Below, piece by piece: positions 1 through 13,400 of a DNA stretch of 64,000 bases (positions are counted from its first letter, which is position 1; the number at the start of each line of letters is the position of its first letter). Under the pieces are notes generated by a model. That model saw only the letters and a list, made by a program, of their open reading frames with translations. It was not told where the DNA came from and did not search any database. The position numbers and the translations under genes are program-made. The DNA lies in NCBI RefSeq assembly GCF_009914755.1, contig NC_060948.1, one strand, 5' to 3'. The DNA comes from the human T2T-CHM13v2.0 reference genome, Homo sapiens.

Positions 1-873
1 ATGGAATCGTATGGAATGGCATCAAACGGAATGGAATGGACAGCCACGGAATGGAATGCACTCGAATGCAATGGAGTCGACACTAATGGACTGGAATAGA
101 ATGGACTCGACTGGTATGGACTCCAATGGAATGGAATCGAATGGAAGGGAATGGAACGGAATGGACTCGAAGGGAAAAGACTGCAATGGAAAGGTCTCGA
201 ATGGAATGGAAATTAATGGAATGGAATGGAATCGAATGAAATTGAGTCAAAAGGAATGGAATCGAATGGCAAGAAATCGAATGTAATGGAATCGCAAGGA
301 ATTGATGTGAACGGAACGGAATCGAATGGAATCCAAAGGAATGGAATAGAATGGAATGGAATCGAATGGAAAGGACTCGAATGGAAATCACTCGAATAGA
401 ATGCAATTTAATAAAATAGGATCAAATGTAATGGAATGGAATGGAAAGGAATCGAAACGAAAGGAATGGAGACAGATGGAATGGAATGGAACAGAGAGCA
501 ATGGTATAGAATGGAATGGAATCATCTGGAATGGAATTGAATGGAATGGAATAATATGAAATGGAATGGAATGGAATGGAATGCCCTTGAATTAAATGGA
601 CTGGAATGGAATGGACTCAAACAGAGTGGAATGGAAAGTGTTGAAATAGAATGGAATGGACTCGTTTGGAATGGTCTAGTATGCAATGCAATCGACTGGC
701 AGGGAATCAAGAGGAATGTAATCGAATGCATTGGACTGGAATGCAATGGACTCGAATAGATTGGAAACGGAATGCAAAGGAATGGAATGGAATAGTATGG
801 AATGGAATGGAAAGGAATGGAGTGGAATAGACTAGAGTGGAATGGAATGGACTGGAAAGCAATGGACTGGAAT

Positions 874-888
874 GGAACTTTCTTGAAT
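874..888. promoter_or_regulatory. Heat-shock element consensus match HSE-a (gGAAc tTTCt tGAAt), one per unit
   Basis: GGAACTTTCTTGAAT fits nGAAnnTTCnnGAAn exactly and recurs at the same place in each unit. It is altered at ~15008 and ~50482. Function is inferred, not shown. Confidence 0.5.
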
Positions 889-1499
889 GGACTGGAATCA
901 AACGGAATGGAATGCAATGCAATCAAATGGCATGGAATAAAATAGAATGAAAGAGAATCAAATGGAATTGAATCGAATGGAATCTAATGGATTGGAAAGG
1001 AATAGAATGGAATGGAATGGAATTGACTCAAATGGAATGGACTAGAATGGAATGGATTCGAATGGAAGTCAAAGGAATGGAATCTATTGGAATGGACTGT
1101 AATGGAATGGAATGGAAGGGATTGGAATGGACTCGAATGGAATGGACTGCAATAGAAAGGATTCGAATGGAATGAAAAAGAATTGAATGTAATAGAACAG
1201 AATGGAATCAAATCGAATGAAATGGAATGGAAGAGAACGGAATGGAATGAAATGGAATGGAAAGGATTCGAATGGAATGCAATCGAATGGAACGGAATCG
1301 AACGGAATGGAATAAAATGGAAGAAAACTGGCAAGAAATGGAATCGAAATGAATGGAGTGTTATGGAACGGACTCAAAAGGAATTGAATGTAATAGAATG
1401 GAGTGGAGTGGACTCGAATATAATGGACTGGAATGGAATGAAATCACATGGAATGGGAACGAATGGAATGGAATGGAAAGGAATGGAATGGAAAGGAAT

Positions 1500-4400
1500 G
1501 GAATCGAATGGAAAGGAATCGAATGGAAGGGAATGAAATTGAATCAACAGGAATGGAAGGAAGTAGAATAGACGGTAATGGAATGGACTCGAATAGAATG
1601 GACACGAATGCTCAAATTGAATGGACTCGAATGGAATGGAAACGAAAGGAATGTCGTCGAATGGAATTGAATCGATTGGAATGAAATCGCATAGAATGGA
1701 GTGGAATCAAATGGAATTGAATCGAAAGGAAAGGAAGCGAATGGTCTGAAATGAAATGGAATGGAATTGAATGGAAAGTAATGCAAGGGAATAGAATGGA
1801 ACGAAATTTCACGGAATGGAATCAAACTGAATGGAATCAAATCAATGGAATATAATCAAATGGCATGGAAAGGAATTGAATGGAGTAGATTGGATTGGAT
1901 GGGATTGGAATGAAATGTACTGGAAAGGACTCGAATTTCATGAAATGGAATGGAATGAACTGGAACGGAATGGACTCGAATGGATTGGAATGTCATGGAA
2001 TGGCATCAAATGGAATGGCATCAAATGGAATGGAATCGAATGCAATGGAATGCTATGGAATGGAATGGAATGCATTGGAATGGAATGTCCCCTAATGGAA
2101 TGGATTCGAGTGGAATGGAATCGAATATAATGGAGTCGAATGAAATGGAATTGAAAGGAAAGGGATCGAATACAATGGAATATACTGGAATGTAATGTAA
2201 TGAACTCGAATGTAATTGACTAGAATGGAATGTACATGAATGGAATGTAATCGAATGGAAAATAATCTCATGGAATAGAATCTAATGCAATAAAATCGAC
2301 TCAAATAGAATAGAATGGAATGGAATGGAGTGCAGTGCAATGGAATGGAATGGAATGGAATGCAATGGAATGGAATGGAATGGGATGGAATGGTATGGGA
2401 TGGATAGAAATGGACTGGAGTGAAATGGACTGGAAAGTAATGGACTCAAATTGAAAGAGCTCGAAAGAATGGAGTCAAATGGAATGGTCTGGAATGGAAT
2501 GAACACGAATGTAATGCAATCCAATAGAATGGAATCGAATGGCATGGAATATAAAGAAATGGAATCGAAGAGAATGGAAACGAATGGAATGGAATTGAAT
2601 GGAATGGAATTGAATGGAATGGGAACGAATGGAGTGAAATTGTATGCAGTAGAAGAGAATAGAATGGAATGCAAGCGAAATTAAAGGAATGGATTGGAAT
2701 GGAATGGAATTCATTGGAATGGAAGGGAATGTATTGCAATGGACAGGCCTTTAATAAAGTGGAATGCTACGGTCTCGAATGGAATAAAAATGTATGGAAT
2801 GGAATTCAATGAAACGGAATCGAATGTCATAGAATGTAATGGAATGCAAAAAAATGGAATCCAAAATCATTGACTGGAAAGGCTGGGTGTCGAAAGGAAT
2901 TGACTCCAATGGAATGAAATCGAATGGAATGGAAGTGAATAGAATCGAAGTAAATCGAATGGAATGGAATTGTTAGGAACGGAATGGAAAGGAGTGCAAT
3001 GATTTGGCATGGAACGGAATCGAATGGCATTGAATGGAGTGGAATGGAATGCAATGGAATGGAATGTATTAGAATGTAATGAACATTAATGGAATGTACT
3101 CGAATGGATTCGACTGGAATGGAATGTTCTGGAAGTGAATGGACTCCAATGGAATGGATTCGAAAGGAATGGAATCTAATGGAATGGAATTAAATGGAAA
3201 CGAATCAAATTGAATAGCACGGAATTGAATTGAATGGTATCAAATGCAATGGAATCTAATGAAATGGAAATGAAAGGAATGGAATGGATTGGAATGGGCT
3301 GGAGTTGAATGGAATCGATACGAATGGAATGGAATAGAACTGAAGAGACTGGAATGGAATTCACTGGAATGGAAGGGAGTGTAATGGAAGGATCTCGAAA
3401 AAAATGGAATCGAATGGAATGGAATTGAATGGAACGGAATAGAGTCGAATGGAATTCAATGGAATTGAATGGACTAGAGTGAAATGGAATCGAACCACAA
3501 GGAATGGAGAGGAATAGAATGGTCTCGAATTGAATGGAATCGTATGGAATGACATCAAACGGAATGGAATGGACAGCCACGGAATGGAATGCACTCGAAT
3601 GCAATGGAGTCGAAACTAATGGACTGGAATAGAATGGACTCGACTGGTACGGACTCCAATGGAATGGAATCGAAAGGAAGGGAATCGAACGGAATGGACT
3701 CGAAGGGAAAAGACTGCAATGGAAAGGTCTCGAATGGAATGGAAATTAATGGAATGGAATGGAATCGAATGAAATGGAGTCAAAAGGAATGGAATCGAAT
3801 GGCAAGAAATCGAATGTAATGGAATCGCAAGGAATTGATGTGAACGGAACGGAATGGAATGGAATCCAAAGGAATGGAATAGAATGGAATGGAATCGAAT
3901 GGAAAGGACTCGAATGGAAATCACTCGAATAGAATGCAATTTAATAAAATAGGATCAAATGGAATGGAATGGAATGGAAAGGAATCGAAACGAAAGGAAT
4001 GGAGACAGATGGAATGGAATGGAACAGAGAGCAATGGTATAGAATGGAATGGAATCATCTGGAATGGAATTGAATGGAATGGAATAACATGAAATGGAAT
4101 GGAATGGAATGGAATGCCCTTGAATTAAATGGACTGGAATGGAATGGACTCGAACAGAGTGTAATGGAAAGTGTTGAAATAGAATGGAATGGACTCCTTT
4201 GGAATGGTCTAGTATGCAATGCAATCGACTGGCAGGGAATCAAAAGGAATGTAATGGAATGGATTGGACTGGAATGCAATGGACTCGAATAGATTGGAAA
4301 CGGAATGCAAAGGAATGGAATGGAATAGTATGGAATGGAATGGAAAGGAATGGAGTGGAATAGACTAGAGTGGAATGGAATGGACTGGAAAGCAATGGAC

Positions 4401-7400
4401 TGGAATGGAACTTTCTTGAATGGACTGGAATCAAACGGAATGGAATGCAATGCAATCAAATGGCATGGAATAAAATGGAATGAAAGGGAATCAAATGGAA
4501 TTGAATCGAATGGAATCGAATGGATTGGAAAGGAATAGAATGGAATGGAATGGAATTGACTCAAATGGAATGGACTAGAATGGAATGGATTCGAATGGAA
4601 GGCAAAGGAATGGAATCTATTGGAATGGACTGTAATGGAATGGAATGGAAGGGATTGGAATGGACTCGAATGGAATGGACTGCAATAGAAAGGATTCGAA
4701 TGGAATGAAAAAGAATTGAATGGAATAGAACAGAATGGAATCAAATCGAATGAAATGGAATGGAATAGAAAGGAATGGAATGAAATGGAATGGAAAGGAT
4801 TCGAATGGAATGCAATCGAATGGAATGGAATCGAACGGAATGGAATAAAATGGAAGAAAACTGGCAAGAAATGGAATCGAAATGAATGGAGTGTTATGGA
4901 ACGGACTCAAAAGGAATTGAATGTAATAGAATGGAGTGGAGTGGACTCGAATATAATGGACTGGAATGGAATGAAATCACATGGAATGGGAACGAATGGA
5001 ATGGAATGGAAAGGAATGGAATCGAATGGAAAGGAATCGAATGGAAGGGAATGAAATTGAATCAACAGGAATGGAAGGAAGTAGAATAGACGGTAATGGA
5101 ATGGACTCGAATAGAATGGACACGAATGCTCAAATTGAATGGACTCGAATGGAATGGAAACGAAAGGAATGTCGTCGAATGGAATTGAATCGATTGGAAT
5201 GAAATCGCATAGAATGGAGTGGAATCAAATGGAATTGAATCGAAAGGAAAGGAAGCGAATGGTCTGAAATGAAATGGAATGGAATTGAATGGAAAGTAAT
5301 GCAAGGGAATAGAATGGAACGAAATTTCACGGAATGGAATCAAACTGAATGGAATCAAATCAATGGAATATAATCAAATGGCATGGAAAGGAATTGAATG
5401 GAGTAGATTGGATTGGATGGGATTGGAATGAAATGTACTGGAAAGGACTCGAATTTCATGAAATGGAATGGAATGAACTGGAACGGAATGGACTCGAATG
5501 GATTGGAATGTCATGGAATGGCATCAAATGGAATGGCATCAAATGGAATGGAATCGAATGCAATGGAATGCTATGGAATGGAATGGACTGCATTGGAATG
5601 GAATGTCCCCTAATGGAATGGATTCGAGTGGAATGGAATCGAATATAATGGAGTCGAATGAAATGGAATTGAAAGGAAAGGGATCGAATACAATGGAATA
5701 TACTGGAATGTAATGTAATGAACTCGAATGTAATTGACTAGAATGGAATGTACATGAATGGAATGTAATCGAATGGAAAATAATCTCATGGAATAGAATC
5801 TAATGCAATAAAATCGACTCAAATAGAATAGAATGGAATGGAATGGAGTGCAGTGCAATGGAATGGAATGGAATGGAATGCAATGGAATGGAATGGAATG
5901 GGATGGAATGGTATGGGATGGATAGAAATGGACTGGAGTGAAATGGACTGAAAAGTAATGGACTCAAATTGAAAGAGCTCGAAAGAATGGAGTCAAATGG
6001 AATGGTCTGGAATGGAATGAACACGAATGTAATGCAATCCAATAGAATGGAATCGAATGGCATGGAATATAAAGAAATGGAATCGAAGAGAATGGAAACG
6101 AATGGAATGGAATTGAATGGAATGGAATTGAATGGAATGGGAACGAATGGAGTGAAATTGTATGCAGTAGAAGAGAATAGAATGGAATGCAAGCGAAATT
6201 AAAGGAATGGATTGGAATGGAATGGAATTCATTGGAATGGAAGGGAATGTATTGCAATGGACAGGCCTTTAATAAAGTGGAATGCTACGGTCTCGAATGG
6301 AATAAAAATGTATGGAATGGAATTCAATGAAACGGAATCGAATGTCATAGAATGTAATGGAATGCAAAAAAATGGAATCCAAAATCATTGACTGGAAAGG
6401 CTGGGTGTCGAAAGGAATTGACTCCAATGGAATGAAATCGAATGGAATGGAAGTGAATAGAATCGAAGTAAATCGAATGGAATGGAATTGTTAGGAACGG
6501 AATGGAAAGGAGTGCAATGATTTGGCATGGAACGGAATCGAATGGCATTGAATGGAGTGGAATGGAATGCAATGGAATGGAATGTATTAGAATGTAATGA
6601 ACATTAATGGAATGTACTCGAATGGATTCGACTGGAATGGAATGTTCTGGAAGTGAATGGACTCCAATGGAATGGATTCGAAAGGAATGGAATCTAATGG
6701 AATGGAATTAAATGGAAACGAATCAAATTGAATAGCACGGAATTGAATTGAATGGAATCGAATGCAATGGAATCTAATGAAATGGAAATGAAAGGAATGG
6801 AATGGATTGGAATGGGCTGGAGTTGAATGGAATCGATACGAATGGAATGGAATAGAACTGAAGAGACTGGAATGGAATTCACTGGAATGGAAGGGAGTGT
6901 AATGGAAGGATCTCGAAAAAAATGGAATCGAATGGAATGGAATTGAATGGAACGGAATAGAGTCGAATGGAATTCAATGGAATTGAATGGACTAGAGTGA
7001 AATGGAATCGAACCACAAGGAATGGAGAGGAATAGAATGGTCTCGAATTGAATGGAATCGTATGGAATGACATCAAACGGAATGGAATGGACAGCCACGG
7101 AATGGAATGCACTCGAATGCAATGGAGTCGAAACTAATGGACTGGAATAGAATGGACTCGACTGGTACGGACTCCAATGGAATGGAATCGAAAGGAAGGG
7201 AATCGAACGGAATGGACTCGAAGGGAAAAGACTGCAATGGAAAGGTCTCGAATGGAATGGAAATTAATGGAATGGAATGGAATCGAATGAAATGGAGTCA
7301 AAAGGAATGGAATCGAATGGCAAGAAATCGAATGTAATGGAATCGCAAGGAATTGATGTGAACGGAACGGAATGGAATGGAATCCAAAGGAATGGAATAG

Positions 7401-8590
7401 AATGGAATGGAATCGAATGGAAAGGACTCGAATGGAAATCACTCGAATAGAATGCAATTTAATAAAATAGGATCAAATGTAATGGAATGGAATGGAAAGG
7501 AATCGAAACGAAAGGAATGGAGACAGATGGAATGGAATGGAACAGAGAGCAATGGTATAGAATGGAATGGAATCATCTGGAATGGAATTGAATGGAATGG
7601 AATAACATGAAATGGAATGGAATGGAATGGAATGCCCTTGAACTAAATGGACTGGAATGGAATGGACTCGAACAGAGTGTAATGGAAAGTGTTGAAATAG
7701 AATGGAATGGACTCCTTTGGAATGGTCTAGTATGCAATGCAATCGACTGGCAGGGAATCAAAAGGAATGTAATGGAATGGATTGGACTGGAATGCAATGG
7801 ACTCGAATAGATTGGAAACGGAATGCAAAGGAATGGAATGGAATAGTATGGAATGGAATGGAAAGGAATGGAGTGGAATAGACTAGAGTGGAATGGAATG
7901 GACTGGAAAGCAATGGACTGGAATGGAACTTTCTTGAATGGACTGGAATCAAACGGAATGGAATGCAATGCAATCAAATGGCATGGAATAAAATGGAATG
8001 AAAGGGAATCAAATGGAATTGAATCGAATGGAATCGAATGGATTGGAAAGGAATAGAATGGAATGGAATGGAATTGACTCAAATGGAATGGACTAGAATG
8101 GAATGGATTCGAATGGAAGGCAAAGGAATGGAATCTATTGGAATGGACTGTAATGGAATGGAATGGAAGGGATTGGAATGGACTCGAATGGAATGGACTG
8201 CAATAGAAAGGATTCGAATGGAATGAAAAAGAATTGAATGGAATAGAACAGAATGGAATCAAATCGAATGAAATGGAATGGAATAGAAAGGAATGGAATG
8301 AAATGGAATGGAAAGGATTCGAATGGAATGCAATCGAATGGAATGGAATCGAACGGAATGGAATAAAATGGAAGAAAACTGGCAAGAAATGGAATCGAAA
8401 TGAATGGAGTGTTATGGAACGGACTCAAAAGGAATTGAATGTAATAGAATGGAGTGGAGTGGACTCGAATATAATGGACTGGAATGGAATGAAATCACAT
8501 GGAATGGGAACGAATGGAATGGAATGGAAAGGAATGGAATCGAATGGAAAGGAATCGAATGGAAGGGAATGAAATTGAATCAACAGGAAT
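1500..8590 (+). repeat. DYZ1 variant block A: two near-identical 3518-bp copies
   Basis: Private markers repeat at offset 3518: GGAAGGAAGTAG (~1557/5075), GTCGTCG (~1653/5171), AGGCCTTTAAT (2745/6263), GTTAGGAAC, AACATTAAT, GGATCTCGAAA, GACATCAAAC, AATAACATGA. Boundaries are approximate. Confidence 0.8.
3121..3135. promoter_or_regulatory. Heat-shock element consensus match HSE-b (gGAAt gTTCt gGAAg; cGAAg in blocks C/D), one per unit
   Basis: GGAATGTTCTGGAAG fits nGAAnnTTCnnGAAn. The block C variant GGAATGTTCTCGAAG changes only an n position. The element is disrupted (GATCT) at ~13712-13726. Confidence 0.5.
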
Positions 8591-9666
8591 GGAAGGGAAT
8601 AGAATAGACGGTAATGGAATGGACTCGAATAGAATGGACACGAATGCTCAAATTGAATGGACTCGAATGGAATGGAAACGAAAGGAATGTCATCGAATGG
8701 AATTGAATCGATTGGAATGAAATCGCATAGAATGGAGTGGAATCAAATGGAATTGAATCGAAAGGAAAGGAAGCGAATGGACTGAAATGAAATGGAATGG
8801 AATTGAATGGAAAGTAATGCAATGGAATAGAATGGAACGAAATTTCACGGAATGGAATGAAACTGAATGGAATCAAATCAATGGAATCTAATCAAGTGGA
8901 ATGGAAAGGAATTGAATGGAGTAGATTGGATTGGATGGGATTGGAATGAAATGTACTGGAAAGGACTCGAGTTTCATGAAACGGAATGGAATGAATTGGA
9001 ACGGAATGGACTCGAATGGAATGGAATGTCATGGAATGGCATCAAATGGAATGGCATCAAATGGAATGGAATCGAATGCAATGGAATGCTATGGAATGGA
9101 ATGGAATGCATTGGAATGGAATGTCCTCTAATGGAATGGATTCGAGTGGAATGGAATCGAATATAATGGAGTCGAATGAAATGGAATTGAAAGGAATGGG
9201 ATCGAATACAATGGAATATACTGGAATGTAATGTAATGAACTCGAATGTAATTGACTGGAATGGAATGTACATGAATGGAATGTAATCGAATGGAAAGTA
9301 ATCCAATGGAATAGAATCTAATGCAATAAAATCGACTCAGATAGAGTAGAATGTAATGGAATTGAGTGCAGTGCAATGGAATGGAATGGAATGGAATGCA
9401 ATGGAATGGAATGGAATGGAAAGGAATGGAATGGAATGGGATGGAATGGTATGGAATGGATAGTAATGGACTGGAGTGAAATGGACTGGAAATGAATGGA
9501 CTCAAATTGAAAGGGCTCGAAAGGAATGGAGTCAAATGGAATGGTCTGGAATGGAATGAACACGAATGTAATGCAATCCAATAGAATGGAATCGAATGGC
9601 ATGGAATATAAAGAAATGGAATCGAAGAGAATGGAAACAAATGGAATGGAATTGAATGGAATGGAA

Positions 9667-9820
9667 TTGAATGGAATGGGAACGAATGGAGTGAAATTGT
9701 ATGCAGTAGAAGAGAATAGAATGGAATGCAAGCGAAAGGAAAGGAATGGATTGGAATGGAATGGAATTCATTGGAATGGAAGGGAATGTAGTGTAATGGA
9801 CAGGCCTGGAATAAAGTGGA
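9667..9820. other. Target of the classic DYZ1 sexing PCR (Y1.1/Y1.2 primer pair), recurring once per unit
   Basis: TTGAATGGAATGGGAACGAATGG at 9667-9689 and GGACAGGCCTGGAATAAAGTGGA at 9798-9820 span 154 bp. They match the primer sequences as I recall them (not verified against a database). This supports the DYZ1 assignment. Confidence 0.7.
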
Positions 9821-10457
9821 ATGCTACGGTCTCGAATGGAATAAAAATGTATGGAATGGAATGCAATGAAACGGAATCGAATGTCATAGAATGTAATGGA
9901 ATGCAAAAAAATGGAATCCAAAATCATTGACTGGAAAGGCTGGATGTCGAAAGGAATTGACTCCAATGGAATGGAATCGAATGGAATGGAAGTGAATAGA
10001 ATCGAACTAAATCGAATGGAATGGAATTGATAGGAACGGAATGGAAAGGAATGCAATGATTTGGCATGGAATGGAAACGAATGGTATCTAATGGAATGGA
10101 ATGTAATGTAATGGAATGGAATGTATTAGAATGTAATGAACTTTAATGGAATGTACTCGAATGGATTCGACTGGAATGGAATGTTCTGGAAGTGAATGGA
10201 CTCCAATTGAATGGATTCAAACGGAATGGAATCGTACGGAATGGAATCTAATGGAATGGAATTAAATGGAAATGAATCAAATTGAATAGCACGGAATTGA
10301 ATTGAATGGAATGGAATGCAATGGAATCTAATGAAACGGAAAGGAAAGGAATGGAATGGAATGGAATGGGCTGGAATGGAAAGGAATCGAAACGAATGGA
10401 ATGGAATCGAACTGAAGAGACTGGAATGGAATGCACTGGAATGGAAGGGAGTGTAAT

Positions 10458-10472
10458 GGAAGGTTCTCGAAA
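10458..10472. promoter_or_regulatory. Heat-shock element consensus match HSE-c (gGAAg gTTCt cGAAa), one per unit outside block A
   Basis: GGAAGGTTCTCGAAA fits nGAAnnTTCnnGAAn. Both block A copies read GGAAGGATCTCGAAA instead (3386-3400, 6904-6918). Confidence 0.5.
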
Positions 10473-13400
10473 AAAATGGAATCGAATGGAATGGAATTGA
10501 ATGGAACGGAATAGAGTCGAATGGAATTGAATGGAATGGAATGGACTAGAGTGAAATGGAATCGAACCACAAGGAATGGACAGGAATAGAATGGTCTCGA
10601 ATTGAATGGAATCGTATGGAATGGCATCAAACGGAATGGAATGGACAGCCACGGAATGGAATGCACTCGAATGCAATGGAGTCGAAACTAATGGACTGGA
10701 ATAGAATGGACTCGACTGGTACGGACTCCAATGGAATGGAATCGAATGGAAGGGAATCGAACGGAATGGACTCGAAGGGAAAAGACTGCAATGGAAAGGT
10801 CTCGAATGGAATGGAAATTAATGGAATGGAATGGAATCGAATGAAATGGAGTCAAAAGGAATGGAATCGAATGGCAAGAAATCGAATGTAATGGAATCGC
10901 AAGGAATTGATGTGAACGGAACGGAATGGAATGGAATCCAAAGGAATGGAATAGAATGGAATGGAATCGAATGGAAAGGACTCGAATGGAAATCACTCGA
11001 ATAGAATGCAATTTAATAAAATAGGATCAAATGTAATGGAATGGAATGGAAAGGAATCGAAACGAAAGGAATGGAGACAGATGGAATGGAATGGAACAGA
11101 GAGCAATGGTATAGAATGGAATGGAATCATCTGGAATGGAATTGAATGGAATGGAATAATATGAAATGGAATGGAATGGAATGGAATGGAATGCCCTTGA
11201 ATTAAATGGACTGGAATGGAATGGACTCGAACAGAGTGGAATGGAAAGTGTTGAGATAGAATGGAATGGACTCCTTCGGAATGGTGTAGTATGCAATGCA
11301 ATCGACTGGCAGGGAATCAAAAGGAATGTAATCGAATGGATTGGACTGGAATGCAATGGACTCGAATAGATTGGAAACGGAATGCAAAGGAATGGAATGG
11401 AATAGTATGGAATGGAATGGAAAGGAATGGAGTGGAATAGACTAGAGTGGAATGGAATGGACTGGAAAGCAATGGACTGGAATGGAACTTTCTTGAATGG
11501 ACTGGAATCAAACGGAATGGAATGCAATGCAATCAAATGGCATAGAATAAGATAGAATGAAAGAGAATCAAATGGAATTGAATGGAATGGAATCGAATGG
11601 ATTGGAAAGGAATAGAATGGAATGGAATGGAATTGACTCAAATGGAATGGACTAGAATGGAATGGATTCGAATGGAAGGCAAAGGAATGGAATCTATTGG
11701 AATGGACTGTAATGGAATGCAATGGAAGGGATTGGAATGGACTCGAATGGAATGGACTGCAATAGAAAGGATTCGAATGGAATGAAAAAGAATTGAATGG
11801 AATAGAACAGAATGGAATCAAATCGAATGAAATGGAATGGAATAGAAAGGAATGGAATGAAATGGAATGGAAAGGATTCGAATGGAATGCAAACGAATGG
11901 AATGGAATCGAACGGAATGGAATAAAATGGAAGAAAACTGGCAAGAAATGGAATTGAAATGAATGGAGTGTTATGGAAGGGACTCAAAAGGAATTGAATG
12001 TAATAGAATGGAGTGGAGTGGACTCGAATATAATGGACTGGAATGGAATGAAATCACATGGAATGGGAACGAATGGAATGGAATGGAAAGGAATGGAATC
12101 GAATGGAAAGGAATCGAATGGAAGGGAATGAAATTTAACCAACAGGAATGGAACGGAATAGAATAGACCGTAATGGAATGGACTCGAATAGAATGGACAC
12201 TAATGCTCAAATTGAATGGACTCGAATGGAATGGAAACGAAAGGAATGTCATCGAATGGAATTGAATCGATTGGAATGAAATCGCATAGAATGGAGTGGA
12301 ATCAAATGGAATTGAATCGAAAGGAAAGGAAGCGAATGGACTGAAATGAAATGGAATGGAATTGAATGGAAAGTAATGCAATGGAATAGAATGGAACGAA
12401 ATTTCACGGAATGGAATCAAACTGAATGGAATCAAATCAATGGAATCAAATCAAATGGAATGGAAAGGAATTGAATGGAGTAGATTGGATTGGATGGGAT
12501 TGGAATGAAATGTACTGGAAAGGACTCGAATTTCATGAAACGGAATGGAATGAATTGGAACGGAATGGACTCGAATGGAATGGAATGTCATGGAATGGCA
12601 TCAAATGGAATGGCATCAAATGGAATGGAATCGAATGCAATGGAATGCTATGGAATGGAATGGAATGCATTGGAATGGAATGTCCTCTAATGGAATGGAT
12701 TCGAGTGGAATGGAATCGAATATAATGGAGTCGAATGAAATGGAATTGAAAAGAATGGGATCGAATACAATGGAATATACTGGAATGTAATGTAATGAAC
12801 TCGAATGTAATTGACTGGAATGGAATGTATATGAATGGAATGTAATCGAATGGAAAGTAATCCAATGGAATAGAATCTAATGCAATAAAATCGACTCAGA
12901 TAGAGTAGAATGTAATGGAATGGAGTGCAGTGCAATGGAATGGAATGGAATGGAATGCAATGGAATGGAATGGAATGGAATGGAATGGGATGGAATGGTA
13001 TGGAATGGATAGTAATGGACTGGAGTGAAATGGACTCAAATTGAAAGGGCTCGAAAGGAATGGAGACAAATGGAATGGTCTGGAATGGAATGAACACGAA
13101 TGTAATGCATTCCAATAGAATAGAGTCGAATGGCATGGAATATAAAGAAATGGAATCGAAGAGAATAGAAACAAATGGAATGGAATTGAATGGAATGGAA
13201 TTGAATGGAATGGGAACGAATGGAGTGAAATTGTATGCAGTAGAAGAGAATAGAATGGAATGCAAGCGAAAGGAAAGTAATGGATTGGAATGGAATGGAA
13301 TTCATTGGAATGGAAGGGAATGTAGTGTAATGGACAGGCCTGGAATAAAGTGGAAAGCTACGGTCTCGAGTGGAATAAAAATGTATGGATTGGAATGCAA

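Noticed and set aside
405-420. AATAAA poly(A)-signal-like hexamers (TTTAATAAAATAGG and several GGAATAAAA/GCAATAAAA per unit)
   Set aside because: They are easily produced by mutation of GGAAT in an A-rich strand. There is no downstream GU/U-rich element, and no transcript evidence is available from the sequence.
1931-1945. Further HSE-like sites (CGAATTTCATGAAA; CGAAATTTCACGGAA at ~1802)
   Set aside because: Each has only two correctly spaced inverted units, so they were not counted as full HSEs.
2881-2892. G-rich GGCTGGGTGTCG and GGATTGGATGGGATTGG as G-quadruplex or Chi-like motifs
   Set aside because: They lack four G3 tracts, and none of the inferred breakpoints maps to them.
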